Positions 36,663-46,475 of a stretch of DNA of 64,000 nucleotides are shown here, in pieces; the first letter of the stretch is position 1, and the number at the start of each line of letters is the position of its first letter. The DNA lies in assembly GCA_964242595.1 (NCBI GenBank), contig CAXTBC010000005.1, positions 14,126 through 78,125 of the forward strand. Reading direction: 5' to 3'. The notes below the pieces were generated by a model. It saw only the letters and a list, made by a program, of their open reading frames with translations, made no database searches and was not told where the DNA came from. The position numbers were made by a program, and so were the translations under genes. Origin of the DNA: an uncultured Acetobacteraceae bacterium. Lineage in GTDB: Bacteria > Pseudomonadota > Alphaproteobacteria > Acetobacterales > Acetobacteraceae.

Positions 36663-37505
36663 TTGGCCGAGTTCAAGAGCACCGGAAGCTACATTGCCTC
36701 GCGCGACTTGGAGGTGGCGGTGAACGCCGCCGTGGCCCTGCAGCGCCCGCTGCTGGTGAAGGGCGAGCCCGGCACCGGCAAGACCGTGCTGGCCCACGAG
36801 GTGGCCGCCGCCCTCGGCATGCCGCTGATCGAGTGGCACGTGAAGAGCACCACGCGCGCCCAGCAGGGCCTCTACGAATACGACGCGGTGAGCCGCCTGC
36901 GCGACGGACAGCTGGGTGATGCCCGCGTGCACGACATTGCCAACTACATCGTGCGCGGCAAGTTGTGGGACGCCTTTGCCGCCGAACAGCAATCGGTGGT
37001 GCTGATCGACGAGATCGACAAGGCCGACATCGAGTTCCCCAACGACCTGCTGCTGGAACTCGACCGCATGCAGTTCTTCGTCTACGAGACGCGCGAGACG
37101 ATACGGGCGATCCGCCGTCCGGTGGTGATCATCACGTCCAACAACGAGAAGGAGCTGCCGGACGCGTTCCTGCGCCGCTGCTTCTTCCACTACATCCGCT
37201 TCCCGGACCGCGAGACGATGGAGCGCATCGTCCAGACTCACTACCCCGACATCAAGCAGGACCTGGCCCGCGAGGCGCTGACGGTGTTCTTCCGCGTGCG
37301 CGAGCTGCCCGGCCTGAAGAAGAAGCCGGCGACGAGCGAGTTGCTGGACTGGCTGAAGCTGCTGATGATCGAGGACATGCCGCCCGAGACGCTGCGCACG
37401 CGCGACAAGACGGTGGTGATCCCGCCGCTGCACGGCGCGCTGCTGAAGAACGAGCAGGACGTGCACCTGTTCGAGCGCCTGGCGTTCATGGCGCGCCGCG
37501 AGTGA
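36663..37505 (+). CDS. MoxR-family AAA+ ATPase
   Basis: Walker A GEPGTGKT, Walker B LIDEIDKAD, SNNEKELPDAFLRRC; TTG start. Confidence 0.93.
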   Translation: MAEFKSTGSYIASRDLEVAVNAAVALQRPLLVKGEPGTGKTVLAHEVAAALGMPLIEWHVKSTTRAQQGLYEYDAVSRLRDGQLGDARVHDIANYIVRGKLWDAFAAEQQSVVLIDEIDKADIEFPNDLLLELDRMQFFVYETRETIRAIRRPVVIITSNNEKELPDAFLRRCFFHYIRFPDRETMERIVQTHYPDIKQDLAREALTVFFRVRELPGLKKKPATSELLDWLKLLMIEDMPPETLRTRDKTVVIPPLHGALLKNEQDVHLFERLAFMARRE

Positions 37506-37560
37506 TGGTTGCGGCGCGCCGCAGGTGACGGACGGGCGTCCCGGATTGCAGGAGGGCTAC

Positions 37561-37926
37561 ATGGCAGACGGCGACACGGCGGAGATCTTGTTGGCGGGAT
37601 TGCGTACCGACATGATGTCCGTGCGGGCTGAAATGACGACGCTCCGCGCCGGCATGGGTGCAGGTTTCGCAGCCGTGCGGACCGAGATCGCCGCCGTGGA
37701 GACGAAGATCGCCGCATTGCAGAAGGACGTTACCGCCGGACGCGCGGACCTGTACACCATGCGCGGCGAGCTGATGGCCCGCATGGACCGGCTGCAGAAC
37801 CACCTCGATGGGGTGCGTGACGACCTGACGGTGAACTATGGCGCCGGCGAACATGTAGAGTGCTTCATCCGCAGTGCGCTGGAGCATCGCACCAAGGTGT
37901 TCGCTGTCGAATACGAGGCCGCCTGA
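37561..37926 (+). CDS. Hypothetical heptad-repeat (coiled-coil) protein between MoxR and VWA genes
   Basis: GGAGGG RBS; VRAEMTTLRAGM..VRTEIAAVETKI heptads; TGATG coupling to the VWA gene. Confidence 0.65.
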   Translation: MADGDTAEILLAGLRTDMMSVRAEMTTLRAGMGAGFAAVRTEIAAVETKIAALQKDVTAGRADLYTMRGELMARMDRLQNHLDGVRDDLTVNYGAGEHVECFIRSALEHRTKVFAVEYEAA

Positions 37927-39104
37927 TGTTCGCAACCTTCGTCCAGCAGCTCCGCACGGCAGGCCTCCCCGTCTCCATCACCGAGTACCTCTCGCTGATG
38001 GGTGCAATGAAAGCCAACGTCGCCGCCTACAACATCGAGGACTTCTACTTTCTCGCGCGCGCCACGCTGGTGAAGGACGAACGCCACCTGGACCGCTTCG
38101 ACCGCGTGTTCGCCACCGTGTTCGAGGGCCTCGAACACCCGCCGGGCGACCCGGCCACCGACATTTCCGACGAGTGGCTTCGCCGCATCGCCGAGAAGAA
38201 CCTCAGCCCCGAGGAGATGGCCGAGATCGAAGCGATGGGTGGGTTCGAGAAGTTGATGGACACTCTGCGCCAGCGCCTGGAGGAACAGAAGGAACGACAC
38301 CAGGGCGGCAACAAGTGGATCGGCACCGGCGGCACGTCGCCGTTCGGCGCCTACGGCTACAACCCCGAAGGCGTGCGCATCGGCCAGAAGGAGTCCCGCC
38401 ACCGCCGCGCAGTGAAGGTATGGGACAAGCGCGAGTTCCGCGACCTGGACGGCGACACCGAACTCGGCACGCGCAACATGAAGATTGCCCTGCGCCGGCT
38501 GCGCCGCTTCGCCCGCCAGGGTGCCGCCACCGAACTGGACCTGCCCGGCACCATCCACGCCACGGCCAGCAACGCCGGCAGCCTCGACCTGAAGATGGTA
38601 CCCGAGCGGCACAACGCGGTGAAGATCCTGCTGCTGCTCGACATCGGCGGCTCGATGGACGATTTCGTCCGCACCTCGCAGGAATTGTTCTCGGCCGTGC
38701 GCTCGGAGTTCAAGCACCTCGAGCATTTCTACTTCCACAACTGCGTCTACGAGCGCGTGTGGCGCGAGAACCGCCGGCGCGACGAGACGTCGCTGTCCAC
38801 GTGGGACCTGCTGCGCACCTACGGGCCGGACTACAAGCTGATCTTCGTGGGCGACGCGACGATGAGCCCCTACGAAGTGATCCAGCCGGGCGGTAGCGTG
38901 GAACACTGGAACGAGGAAGCCGGCCGCGTATGGATCGAGCGCCTGACAGGGCATTTCCGCAGCACGGCCTGGCTTAATCCGGCGTCGGAGGAGTATTGGC
39001 GGTTCACGCACTCCACGGTGATCCTGCGCGACCTGGTGGCGCAACGGATGTTTCCGTTGACGCTGACGGGGTTGGACGACATGACGCGCGAACTTTCGAG
39101 GTAG
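37926..39104 (+). CDS. VWA-domain protein (MoxR partner)
   Basis: MIDAS-like LLDIGGSM, VKDERHLDRFD, HQGGNKWIGTGGTSPFG, FVGDATMSPYE. Confidence 0.9.
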   Translation: MFATFVQQLRTAGLPVSITEYLSLMGAMKANVAAYNIEDFYFLARATLVKDERHLDRFDRVFATVFEGLEHPPGDPATDISDEWLRRIAEKNLSPEEMAEIEAMGGFEKLMDTLRQRLEEQKERHQGGNKWIGTGGTSPFGAYGYNPEGVRIGQKESRHRRAVKVWDKREFRDLDGDTELGTRNMKIALRRLRRFARQGAATELDLPGTIHATASNAGSLDLKMVPERHNAVKILLLLDIGGSMDDFVRTSQELFSAVRSEFKHLEHFYFHNCVYERVWRENRRRDETSLSTWDLLRTYGPDYKLIFVGDATMSPYEVIQPGGSVEHWNEEAGRVWIERLTGHFRSTAWLNPASEEYWRFTHSTVILRDLVAQRMFPLTLTGLDDMTRELSR

Positions 39105-39238
39105 GCAAGGCAAGGCCTTCTTTTCTGAAGAAAAGAAGCAAAAGACTCTGACTCCGCTGTCGTGCCTCCATCCAGCCGGCACCCGACAGGAAGTAAAAGT
39201 TTTTTGGTACTTTTCTTTCAAAAAAGAACTGCTTTCTT
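39105..39238. repeat. Family A repeat, full
   Basis: GCAAGGCAAGGCCTTCTTTTCTGAAGAAAAGAAGC ... CACCCGACAGGAAGTAAAAGTTTTTTGGTACTTTTCTTTCAAAAAAGAACTGCTTTC. Confidence 0.92.
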
Positions 39239-39261
39239 TTCGTTCAGGCTAGGGAACTCCT

Positions 39262-39924
39262 ATGATCACCGTCCACCATCTCAACAACTCTCGTTCGCAG
39301 CGTATTCTTTGGCTGCTCGAGGAGCTCGGCCAGCCCTACGAAATCAAACATTACCAGCGCAACGCGAAAACCATGCTTGCGCCACCCGAGCTGCATGCCG
39401 TCCACCCGCTCGGTAAGTCACCCGTCATCACCGACGGTGTACACACCATCGCGGAGACCGGCGCTATCGTCGACTACCTCATCAACACCTACGGCGACGG
39501 CCGCCTAATCCCGCCGGCCAGGAGCGAGGAGCGCCTGCGCTACACCTACTGGCTCCACTTCGCCGAGGGCAGCGCCATGCCGCCCCTGGTGATGACGCTG
39601 GTGTTCGGCGCGCTCCCATCGCGTGTGCCCTTTTTCATCCGGCCCGTCGCCAAGCTGATCAGCGGCAACGTGCAGAAGAGCTTCTTGCGCCCGAACATCG
39701 AGGCGCAACTGAAGCTGATGGAAGCCGAGCTCGGCAAGAGCGCCTGGTTCGCCGGCGACGAGCTTACCGGCGCCGACGTGATGATGAGTTTTCCCGTGGA
39801 GGCAGCAAAGAGCCGTGGCGGGTTGGGCGCCAGTCCGAAGCTGAAGAAGTGGCTTGCCACCATCCACGCGCGCCCGGCGTATCAGGCGGCACTGAAGAAG
39901 GGCGGCACGTACGCCTATGCCTGA
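39262..39924 (+). CDS. Glutathione S-transferase
   Basis: HHLNNSRSQRILWLLEEL, HPLGKSPVI, ETGAIVDYL, TGADVMMSF. Confidence 0.93.
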   Translation: MITVHHLNNSRSQRILWLLEELGQPYEIKHYQRNAKTMLAPPELHAVHPLGKSPVITDGVHTIAETGAIVDYLINTYGDGRLIPPARSEERLRYTYWLHFAEGSAMPPLVMTLVFGALPSRVPFFIRPVAKLISGNVQKSFLRPNIEAQLKLMEAELGKSAWFAGDELTGADVMMSFPVEAAKSRGGLGASPKLKKWLATIHARPAYQAALKKGGTYAYA

Positions 39925-40393
39925 AGACGTTGCGTCGGAGCGCTCGCCGCAGGCTCGAAGGCGCTTCATGCAGACGTTCGCAGCGGCAATTTCACCTGTG
40001 CGTCGTCGTCTCTGGCTGATGCAGGAGGTTGCCCGGACTACCCCACGTGTAGCGGGTGCGGCTGCAAGGGTGGACCGGGATACAGAAAGCCGGACGGACA
40101 TTGTGTCGGTTTTCGGGAGTTCGAGCGTGAGTGCTTATCGAAGACGGCAGGAGTCTGCACGTTGGAGGGTGGTCGCCAAACACGGGTGCGAACGCAGAAT
40201 GAGCGCTGTCGGGAGGTCACTCCCACACGCGAAAAAAAACGCCGGACAGCTAGGGCCTAGTCAGGAAGCAATACCGCCACGATCACCATGACCAACCACG
40301 CGTTGCCCTCGGGTGTAACTCTGCCAAGTTCGGCAACGATTACCGCTCTCATGTGAAGCGCGCGATGTCCGACGAACTCCCAGGCCGGTTGTC

Positions 40394-40861
40394 TCACCTG
40401 CTGCGAATAGCCGCCAACAAACGCCCCAGCGCGTCCCCCAGCTGCCCCTCAACCCCGTCCACCGGCTCCGCCGCCACGACCGTCCGCGGCACGGCCACCC
40501 GAGGTCCCCCCACCACGTCTTGTACGAACCGCAGCCGCTCCACCAGGCGCCGTCCCGCATGTGTGTTGATCCGTTCGATCAGCATGCCGGCCGCGTGCTG
40601 CAGCTCCATCGCCATCGGCCCGGAACAGGCAATCGTCAGCGTCGTCCCGCTCAGCCGTCGCGCTTCGGTCTCCAAAGCTAGCCGAGGCCCCACGATGGCC
40701 GCCCACTCGCTCATCAGCAGCGCGCCCGCCGGGGATTTCTTCCTGTAGGCCGCCCGTGTCAGCCCGGGCACCAGCTCGGCTAGCCCGCGCGCCACGTAGG
40801 CTCGCCGCTCAAGCGGCGCCAGGGCCGCATCCGGATTGTCAGCCGCCCTATCTTTCGCCAT
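40394..40861 (-). CDS. DUF721/DciA family protein
   Basis: WAAIVGPRLA, TLTIAC, MELQH...LIERINTHAG; divergent from mutY. Confidence 0.85.
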   Translation of the reverse strand: MAKDRAADNPDAALAPLERRAYVARGLAELVPGLTRAAYRKKSPAGALLMSEWAAIVGPRLALETEARRLSGTTLTIACSGPMAMELQHAAGMLIERINTHAGRRLVERLRFVQDVVGGPRVAVPRTVVAAEPVDGVEGQLGDALGRLLAAIRSR

Positions 40862-40874
40862 GCAAGCTCCAGCC

Positions 40875-41927
40875 ATGCCGCAAGACGCCCAAGCAGCGCT
40901 CCTTACCTGGTACGACCGCCACCGCCGCACCATGCCCTGGCGCGCCCGGCCTGGCGAGCTTGCCGACCCGTACCGCGTCTGGCTCAGCGAGATCATGCTC
41001 CAGCAGACCACGGTCGCCGCCGTGATCGGTTATTTTAACCGCTTCACCGCGCTGTTCCCCACGATCCACCACCTTGCGCGCGCCCCCGCCGAGGCCGTGA
41101 TGTCCGCCTGGGCCGGCCTCGGCTACTACGCCCGCGCCCGCAACCTGCACGCCTGCGCCAAGGCGGTGGCGGTCAAGGACGGCCGGTTCCCTGACACCGT
41201 GGACGCGCTGGAAGCCCTCCCCGGCATCGGCCCCTACACGGCGCGCGCCGTTGCGGCCATCGCCTTCGGCGTTCCCGTCGTGCCGGTGGACGGCAACGTG
41301 GAGCGTGTCATGGCCCGGCTCTACGCCATCACCCGGCCGATCCCCGCCGCCAAACCCGCTTTGGCCGCTGCCGCCGCTGCCTTCGGCAACCATCCCGCCG
41401 CCCAAGCCCGCGCGTCCGACTTCGCACAGGCGCTGTTCGATTTGGGTGCGACCATCTGCACGCCGCGCGCGCCGGCCTGCGTGCTCTGTCCGCTGGCGTC
41501 GGGCTGTGCCGGCCGCGCCGCCGGCGCCCCGGAAGCGCTGCCCGCCCGCACGCCCAAGGCCGCGCGGCCGCACCGCCACGGCGCCCTCTTCTGGCTCACC
41601 AACCCGCAAGGAGAGGTGCTGCTCCGCCGGCGCCCGCCCACCGGCCTGCTCGGCGGCATGACGGAACTGCCCGGCACCGCGTGGACCGCCGTGCCGCTCA
41701 GCCCCGAGGCCGCCCGCGTCGCCGCCCCGATGCCGGCCGCCTGGCGCCACGCGGGCGCGCTGCGTCACGTCTTCACCCATTTCGAGCTGCACCTCGAGGT
41801 CTACGCCGCCGCGGTGCCCACCATCCAGGCCGCCGGCTTCCTGCACCCGATCGATGCGCTGCACGAGGAGGCGCTGCCAAGCCTGATGCGCAAGGGCGTG
41901 GCCGTGGCGCAGGGAGGCGCCGGATGA
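40875..41927 (+). CDS. mutY: A/G-specific adenine glycosylase
   Basis: WYDRHRRTMPWR, VWLSEIMLQQT, WAGLGYYARARNLH, LPGIGPYTA, VDGNVERV, C..R.P.C..CP..C Fe-S cluster. Confidence 0.96.
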   Translation: MPQDAQAALLTWYDRHRRTMPWRARPGELADPYRVWLSEIMLQQTTVAAVIGYFNRFTALFPTIHHLARAPAEAVMSAWAGLGYYARARNLHACAKAVAVKDGRFPDTVDALEALPGIGPYTARAVAAIAFGVPVVPVDGNVERVMARLYAITRPIPAAKPALAAAAAAFGNHPAAQARASDFAQALFDLGATICTPRAPACVLCPLASGCAGRAAGAPEALPARTPKAARPHRHGALFWLTNPQGEVLLRRRPPTGLLGGMTELPGTAWTAVPLSPEAARVAAPMPAAWRHAGALRHVFTHFELHLEVYAAAVPTIQAAGFLHPIDALHEEALPSLMRKGVAVAQGGAG

Positions 41928-42013
41928 TCCGCCTGTACGCCGTGGTGGCCCTGGGCGGCATCGCCGGTTTCGCGCCGGCAAGCGTGGCGGCAACGTGTCG
42001 CTCGCTGGCATAG
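41924..42013 (+). CDS. Possible small hydrophobic peptide or truncated exported-protein remnant (29 aa)
   Basis: AGGGAGG RBS, ATGA overlap with the mutY stop; MIRLYAVVALGGIAGFAPASVAATCRSLA. Confidence 0.35.
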   Translation: MIRLYAVVALGGIAGFAPASVAATCRSLA

Positions 42014-42240
42014 CCAGGCTGCCCGCTACGACGGCCGGCCGTGGTAGCGCTCATCACCATGGGGTGTGCGAGGCTTCATCGCGGTTCCGCCTTGAGCCCG
42101 CAGGCATTCGGTTCGCTGCGCAGCGGTCGCGCCGTCCAGATACTGGCAACGCCGGCATCTGCGCGGTGTTCTGCATTGCAGCCAACTCGTGAGGCTACGC
42201 GTTGGCCGAGCGTCCGGCCGCAGCGCGCGACGGCACAGCC

Positions 42241-42287
42241 GGAAGTCTTTTGTTTCTTTCTTCGGAAAGAAAGGCCTCCTTGCTTTT
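42241..42287. repeat. Family A repeat, degenerate half copy
   Basis: AAGTCTTTTGTTTCTTTCTTCGGAAAGAAAGGCCTCCTTGCTTT. Confidence 0.75.
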
Positions 42288-42304
42288 CAGAAGGAATCCA
42301 GACC

Positions 42305-43093
42305 GTGGACCACACCGTGCCGCAGAACTGGCAGACCTACACGCCACAGGACCATGACATCTGGCGCATGCTCTACAGCCGCCAGACGCAACTCCTTCCG
42401 GGCCGCGCCTGCGCGCCTTTCCTGCAAGGACTGGAGAAGCTGGACCTGGCAGCCGGCATTCCCGATTTTGCAGTCCTCTCGGCGCGCCTGCACGCGCTCA
42501 CCGGCTGGCAGGTGGTGGCCGTCCCCGGCCTGGTGCCGGACGACGTGTTCTACACCCACCTCGCCAACCGCCGCTTCCCCGCCAGCCGCTTCATCCGCGG
42601 CGCCCACCAGCTGGACTACCTCGAAGAGCCGGACGTGTTCCACGACGTGTTCGGCCACGTCCCCATGCTGACGGACCCCATCTTCGCCGACTACATGCAG
42701 GCCTACGGGAAAGGCGGCCTGCGCGCGCAGAACCTTGGCCGCCTGCACAACCTCGCCCGGCTCTATTGGTACACGGTGGAGTTCGGCCTGCTGCAAACGC
42801 CGGAGGGCCTGCGCATCTACGGCGCCGGCATCGTCAGCTCCGCCGCCGAGAGCGTGTATGCGCTGGAGGACCATCGCCCTCGGCGGCTGGCGTTCGACCT
42901 GCAGCGCGTGATGCGCACGCCCTACAAGATCGACGACGTGCAGGCCCTGTACTTCGTCATCCCGTCGTTGCAAGCGTTGCTGGACGCGACGGCCGGGACG
43001 GATTTCGACCCGGTATATGACGAGCTTGCCCGCTCCGAGGACATCCCGATCGAGGCGCTGCTGACGAACGATGTGCTGGCAACAGGGATGTGA
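42305..43093 (+). CDS. phhA: Phenylalanine 4-monooxygenase
   Basis: EEPDVFHDVFGHVP, RLYWYTVEFGL, YGAGIVSS; GTG start after AAGGA. Confidence 0.95.
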   Translation: MDHTVPQNWQTYTPQDHDIWRMLYSRQTQLLPGRACAPFLQGLEKLDLAAGIPDFAVLSARLHALTGWQVVAVPGLVPDDVFYTHLANRRFPASRFIRGAHQLDYLEEPDVFHDVFGHVPMLTDPIFADYMQAYGKGGLRAQNLGRLHNLARLYWYTVEFGLLQTPEGLRIYGAGIVSSAAESVYALEDHRPRRLAFDLQRVMRTPYKIDDVQALYFVIPSLQALLDATAGTDFDPVYDELARSEDIPIEALLTNDVLATGM

Positions 43094-43112
43094 CGTGAGT
43101 GGCCTTGGTATA

Positions 43113-43248
43113 GGGAAGGCCAGGGGCTCTGCCCCTGGACTCCGCTAAGGACAAGTCCCTAGAACCTGTTCGTTAGGGACTTTAAACGGGTGGGGGTCTG
43201 GGGCCTCCAGGCCCCAGCGGGGTTTGGGGCAGAGCCCCATGCTTTGCC
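43113..43248. repeat. Family B repeat, full
   Basis: GGGAAGGCCAGGGGCTCTGCCCCTGGACTCCGCTAAGGACAAGTCCCTAG ... GGGGCCTCCAGGCCCCAGCGGGGTTTGGGGCAGAGCCCCATGCTT. Confidence 0.92.
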
Positions 43249-43299
43249 CGGCCGCCTCCGCCCTTCCGCCCGCCCCCAACTCTGCCCTATAGCCACACG

Positions 43300-43893
43300 A
43301 TGCCCGCCCGCACCGCCACTCTTACCAGGACCACCGCAGAGACCGACATTACCCTGTCGCTCGACCTGGACGGTACCGGCCGGTCCACCATCAGCACCGG
43401 CGTCGGCTTCTTCGACCACATGCTCACCGCGCTCGCCCGCCACGCCGGCCTCGACCTCACCGTCGAAGCCCGCGGCGACCTGCACATCGACTCCCACCAC
43501 ACCGTGGAAGACGTGGGCATCGTCCTCGGCCAGGCGCTGCGCCAGGCGCTGGGCGACAAGCGCGGCATCACCCGCTTCGGCCAGGCGCTGGTGCCGATGG
43601 ACGAGGCGCTGGCCGAAGCCGCCATCGACGTCTCCGGCCGCGCCTACCTCGCCTGGTCCGTGCCGTTCGCCCGCCCCATGCTCGGGACCATGGACACCCA
43701 ACTCGTCGAGGAGTTCTTCCGCGCGCTGGCCGGCAACGCGCTGGTCACGCTTCACGTCACCCTCAAATCCGGAAGCAACGCCCACCATGTGGCAGAAGCA
43801 TGCTTCAAGGCCGCCGCGCGCGCGTTGCGCATGGCGGTGTCCATCGATCCCCGCCTGCATAACGTCATCCCCTCAACGAAGGGCGCTCTGTGA
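43300..43893 (+). CDS. hisB: Imidazoleglycerol-phosphate dehydratase
   Basis: [37 protein letters not shown]. Confidence 0.97.
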   Translation: MPARTATLTRTTAETDITLSLDLDGTGRSTISTGVGFFDHMLTALARHAGLDLTVEARGDLHIDSHHTVEDVGIVLGQALRQALGDKRGITRFGQALVPMDEALAEAAIDVSGRAYLAWSVPFARPMLGTMDTQLVEEFFRALAGNALVTLHVTLKSGSNAHHVAEACFKAAARALRMAVSIDPRLHNVIPSTKGAL

Positions 43894-44243
43894 AGCTGTT
43901 CACCACTCACACCCGCCCCGGCGAGCCGCCCTTGCTGGTGCGCGAGGGCTTCTCCGGCGCCGCGTTCTGGTTCGGCGCACTCTACCTTGCTGCCCACCGC
44001 GCCTGGACCGCGGCCGCGCTCACCATGGCCGCCTTCCTGCTGACGCTGGCGCTGGTCCGGCTTACGCACAACCTCGCCCCGCTCGCGGGTTTCGCGGTGC
44101 TGCAAGGCCTGATCTGCCCCGACCTGCGGCGATGGAGCCTGGACCAGCGCGGTTTCGCTCGCGGGCCAGTGGTGGCGGCACCTGACCAGGACCAGGGGTT
44201 GGCGCGCCTGCTGGACAGGCGGCCGGATCTGTTGGGTGCTTGA
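43890..44243 (+). CDS. DUF2628-like membrane protein
   Basis: [18 protein letters not shown]; GTGA overlap with hisB. Confidence 0.75.
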   Translation: MKLFTTHTRPGEPPLLVREGFSGAAFWFGALYLAAHRAWTAAALTMAAFLLTLALVRLTHNLAPLAGFAVLQGLICPDLRRWSLDQRGFARGPVVAAPDQDQGLARLLDRRPDLLGA

Positions 44244-44377
44244 AGGAAGCAAGCAGTTCTTTTTTGAAAAAAAGAACCAAAAAACTTTTGCTCACTGGCC
44301 GCGACGGTTGAAACAGGCGCGCCTGACAATCAAAAGTTTTTTGCTTCTTTTTTTCAAAAAAGAAGGCCTTCCTTCCT
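44244..44377. repeat. Family A repeat, full, inside the his operon
   Basis: GCAAGCAGTTCTTTTTTGAAAAAAAGAACC ... AAAAGTTTTTTGCTTCTTTTTTTCAAAAAAGAAGGCCTTCCTTCCT, ending just before the hisH ATG. Confidence 0.93.
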
Positions 44378-44378
44378 G

Positions 44379-45020
44379 ATGCTTGTCTGCGTCATCGATT
44401 CCGGCACAGGCAACCTCGCCTCCGCCGCCCGCGCCCTCGCGCGCGCAGCCGAACGAGCCGGCATCACGGCCACCGTCACCGTCACCGCCGACCCCGCCCA
44501 GGTCATGGCCTCTGACCGCATCGTTCTGCCGGGGCAGGGGGCGTTCGCCACCTGCGCCGGCGGCCTGGCCGCTATACCGGGCATGATGCGGGCGATCGAG
44601 GAGCGCACAGGGCAGGGTGCACCTTTCCTTGGCATCTGCGTCGGCATGCAGCTGATGGCCGAGCGCGGGCTGGAACACGCAACCACGCCCGGCTTCGGCT
44701 GGATCGCGGGCGAGATCGCCCCGCTGCACGCCCCCGGCCTGCGGCTCCCGCACATGGGCTGGAACGCGCTGGAGTTCGCCGGCAGCCCGCACCCGCTGCT
44801 GGACGGCATCGCGCCCGGAGCGCACGCTTATTTCGTTCACAGCTACGGGCTGCGGGGCTACGCTGCCACCGACGTCGTCGCCACCACGGAGTACGGGGCG
44901 CCGGTGCCGGCCCTGGTCGCCCGCCGCAACCTGGCCGGCACGCAGTTCCACGTGGAGAAAAGTCAGGAGGTCGGCTTGCGCATCCTCGCCAATTTCCTCG
45001 CCTGGTCGCCTGCGCCATGA
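44379..45020 (+). CDS. hisH: Imidazole glycerol phosphate synthase subunit HisH
   Basis: [36 protein letters not shown]. Confidence 0.96.
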   Translation: MLVCVIDSGTGNLASAARALARAAERAGITATVTVTADPAQVMASDRIVLPGQGAFATCAGGLAAIPGMMRAIEERTGQGAPFLGICVGMQLMAERGLEHATTPGFGWIAGEIAPLHAPGLRLPHMGWNALEFAGSPHPLLDGIAPGAHAYFVHSYGLRGYAATDVVATTEYGAPVPALVARRNLAGTQFHVEKSQEVGLRILANFLAWSPAP

Positions 45021-45598
45021 CGGCCGTCCCCGCCATCGCCGGGGCACAGATACCCGCGCTGCTGGTCGAACACGTCACGGAGCTGCACGAGGACGACATG
45101 CAGGCATTGTGCGAGGCCACCAACGCCGCCATCCTGGACGGGGGCGGCTTCGGCTGGGTGAGCCCGCCCGGCCAGCAGGCGCTCGAACGCTACTTCCGCG
45201 GCGTGATGCTGGTGCCCGAGCGCGAGCTGTTCGTGGGCCGCGGGGACGGCATCATCACCGGCAGCGCCCAGCTCGTCCGCCAGCCCCGCAACAACGAGGC
45301 GCAGGCCTTCGCCGCCGCCATCATGCACGCCTTCGTGGCGCCCTTCGCCCGCGGCCAGGGCCTGGCGCGCCTGATGACGCTCAAGATCGAGGACCGCGCC
45401 CGCACGCTGAACTACCGGGTGATGAACCTGGACGTGCGCGAGACGCAGACCGCCGCCATCGCGCTCTACGAGTCGCTCGGCTACACCTGCTGGGGCGTCC
45501 ACCCGGAATACGCCCGCGTGAAAGGCCAGACCCTGCGCGGCTACTTCTACACCAAGACGCTGCGCAAGGCCCCCGGCACCGAGCCGCCCGCCGCATGA
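45017..45598 (+). CDS. GNAT family N-acetyltransferase
   Basis: [31 protein letters not shown]. Confidence 0.88.
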   Translation: MTAVPAIAGAQIPALLVEHVTELHEDDMQALCEATNAAILDGGGFGWVSPPGQQALERYFRGVMLVPERELFVGRGDGIITGSAQLVRQPRNNEAQAFAAAIMHAFVAPFARGQGLARLMTLKIEDRARTLNYRVMNLDVRETQTAAIALYESLGYTCWGVHPEYARVKGQTLRGYFYTKTLRKAPGTEPPAA

Positions 45599-46329
45599 TC
45601 CTCTATCCCGCCATCGACCTGAAGGACGGCGCCTGCGTGCGCCTGCGGCGCGGCGAGCTGGAAGAGGCGACCGTGTACGAGACCGACCCCGCCCGCCAGG
45701 CCCGCGCCTTCGCGCAGGACGGCGCCGCCTGGCTGCACGTGGTCGACCTCAACGGTGCGTTCGCCGGCCGGCCGGTCAACGAGGCGGCGGTCACCGCCAT
45801 CCTGGGCGCCGCCACCATCCCGGTGCAGCTCGGCGGCGGCATACGCGACATGGCCGGCATCGAGCGCTGGCTCTCCGCCGGCGTGGCACGGGTCATCCTC
45901 GGCTCGGCCGCGGTGAAGAACCCCATCCTGGTCCACCAGGCCTGCCGCAGCTTCCCCGGCCGCGTCGCCGTGGGCATCGACGCGCGGGACGGCTACGTCG
46001 CCACCGAGGGCTGGGCCGACACGTCAACCCTGCGCGCGCCGGACCTGGCGCGCCGCTTCGAGGACGTAGGCGTGGCGGCCATCATCTACACCGACATTGC
46101 GCGTGACGGCATGCTTGCCGGCATCAACATTGAACAGACTGTCGAGCTGGCTGCCGGCCTGGCCACGCCGGTGATCGCCAGCGGCGGCCTTGGTTCGGCC
46201 GGGGATCTGCGCGCCTTGCACGCCCAGGCGGGCCACCTGGCGGGGGTGATCGTGGGGCGCGCGCTATACGACGGGCGGATCGGCTTGCGGGAGGCGCTGG
46301 AGATACTGGCGCCGACGCAAGGGAAGTAA
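45595..46329 (+). CDS. hisA: ProFAR isomerase HisA
   Basis: [49 protein letters not shown]. Confidence 0.97.
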   Translation: MILYPAIDLKDGACVRLRRGELEEATVYETDPARQARAFAQDGAAWLHVVDLNGAFAGRPVNEAAVTAILGAATIPVQLGGGIRDMAGIERWLSAGVARVILGSAAVKNPILVHQACRSFPGRVAVGIDARDGYVATEGWADTSTLRAPDLARRFEDVGVAAIIYTDIARDGMLAGINIEQTVELAAGLATPVIASGGLGSAGDLRALHAQAGHLAGVIVGRALYDGRIGLREALEILAPTQGK

Positions 46330-46387
46330 GGCAAGCAGTTCTTTTTCGAGAAAAAGAACCAAAAAGCTTTGGCTCCCTGTCGGGTGG
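46330..46387. repeat. Family A repeat, half copy
   Basis: GGCAAGCAGTTCTTTTTCGAGAAAAAGAACCAAAAAGCTTTGGCTCCCTGTCGGGTGG directly after the hisA TAA. Confidence 0.9.
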
Positions 46388-46475
46388 TGCGGAGCGGTGC
46401 GCTTTCGATTATGGCCGCCTCTGGTGCTGTGCCGTATAAGGCTGCCTGTCTGTAACCCTTAGGCCGGAGCACCAC

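Noticed and set aside
46330-46475. Absence of hisF/hisE after hisA, and of phhB next to phhA
   Set aside because: Split his and phh gene arrangements are common in Alphaproteobacteria and cannot be judged from one window.
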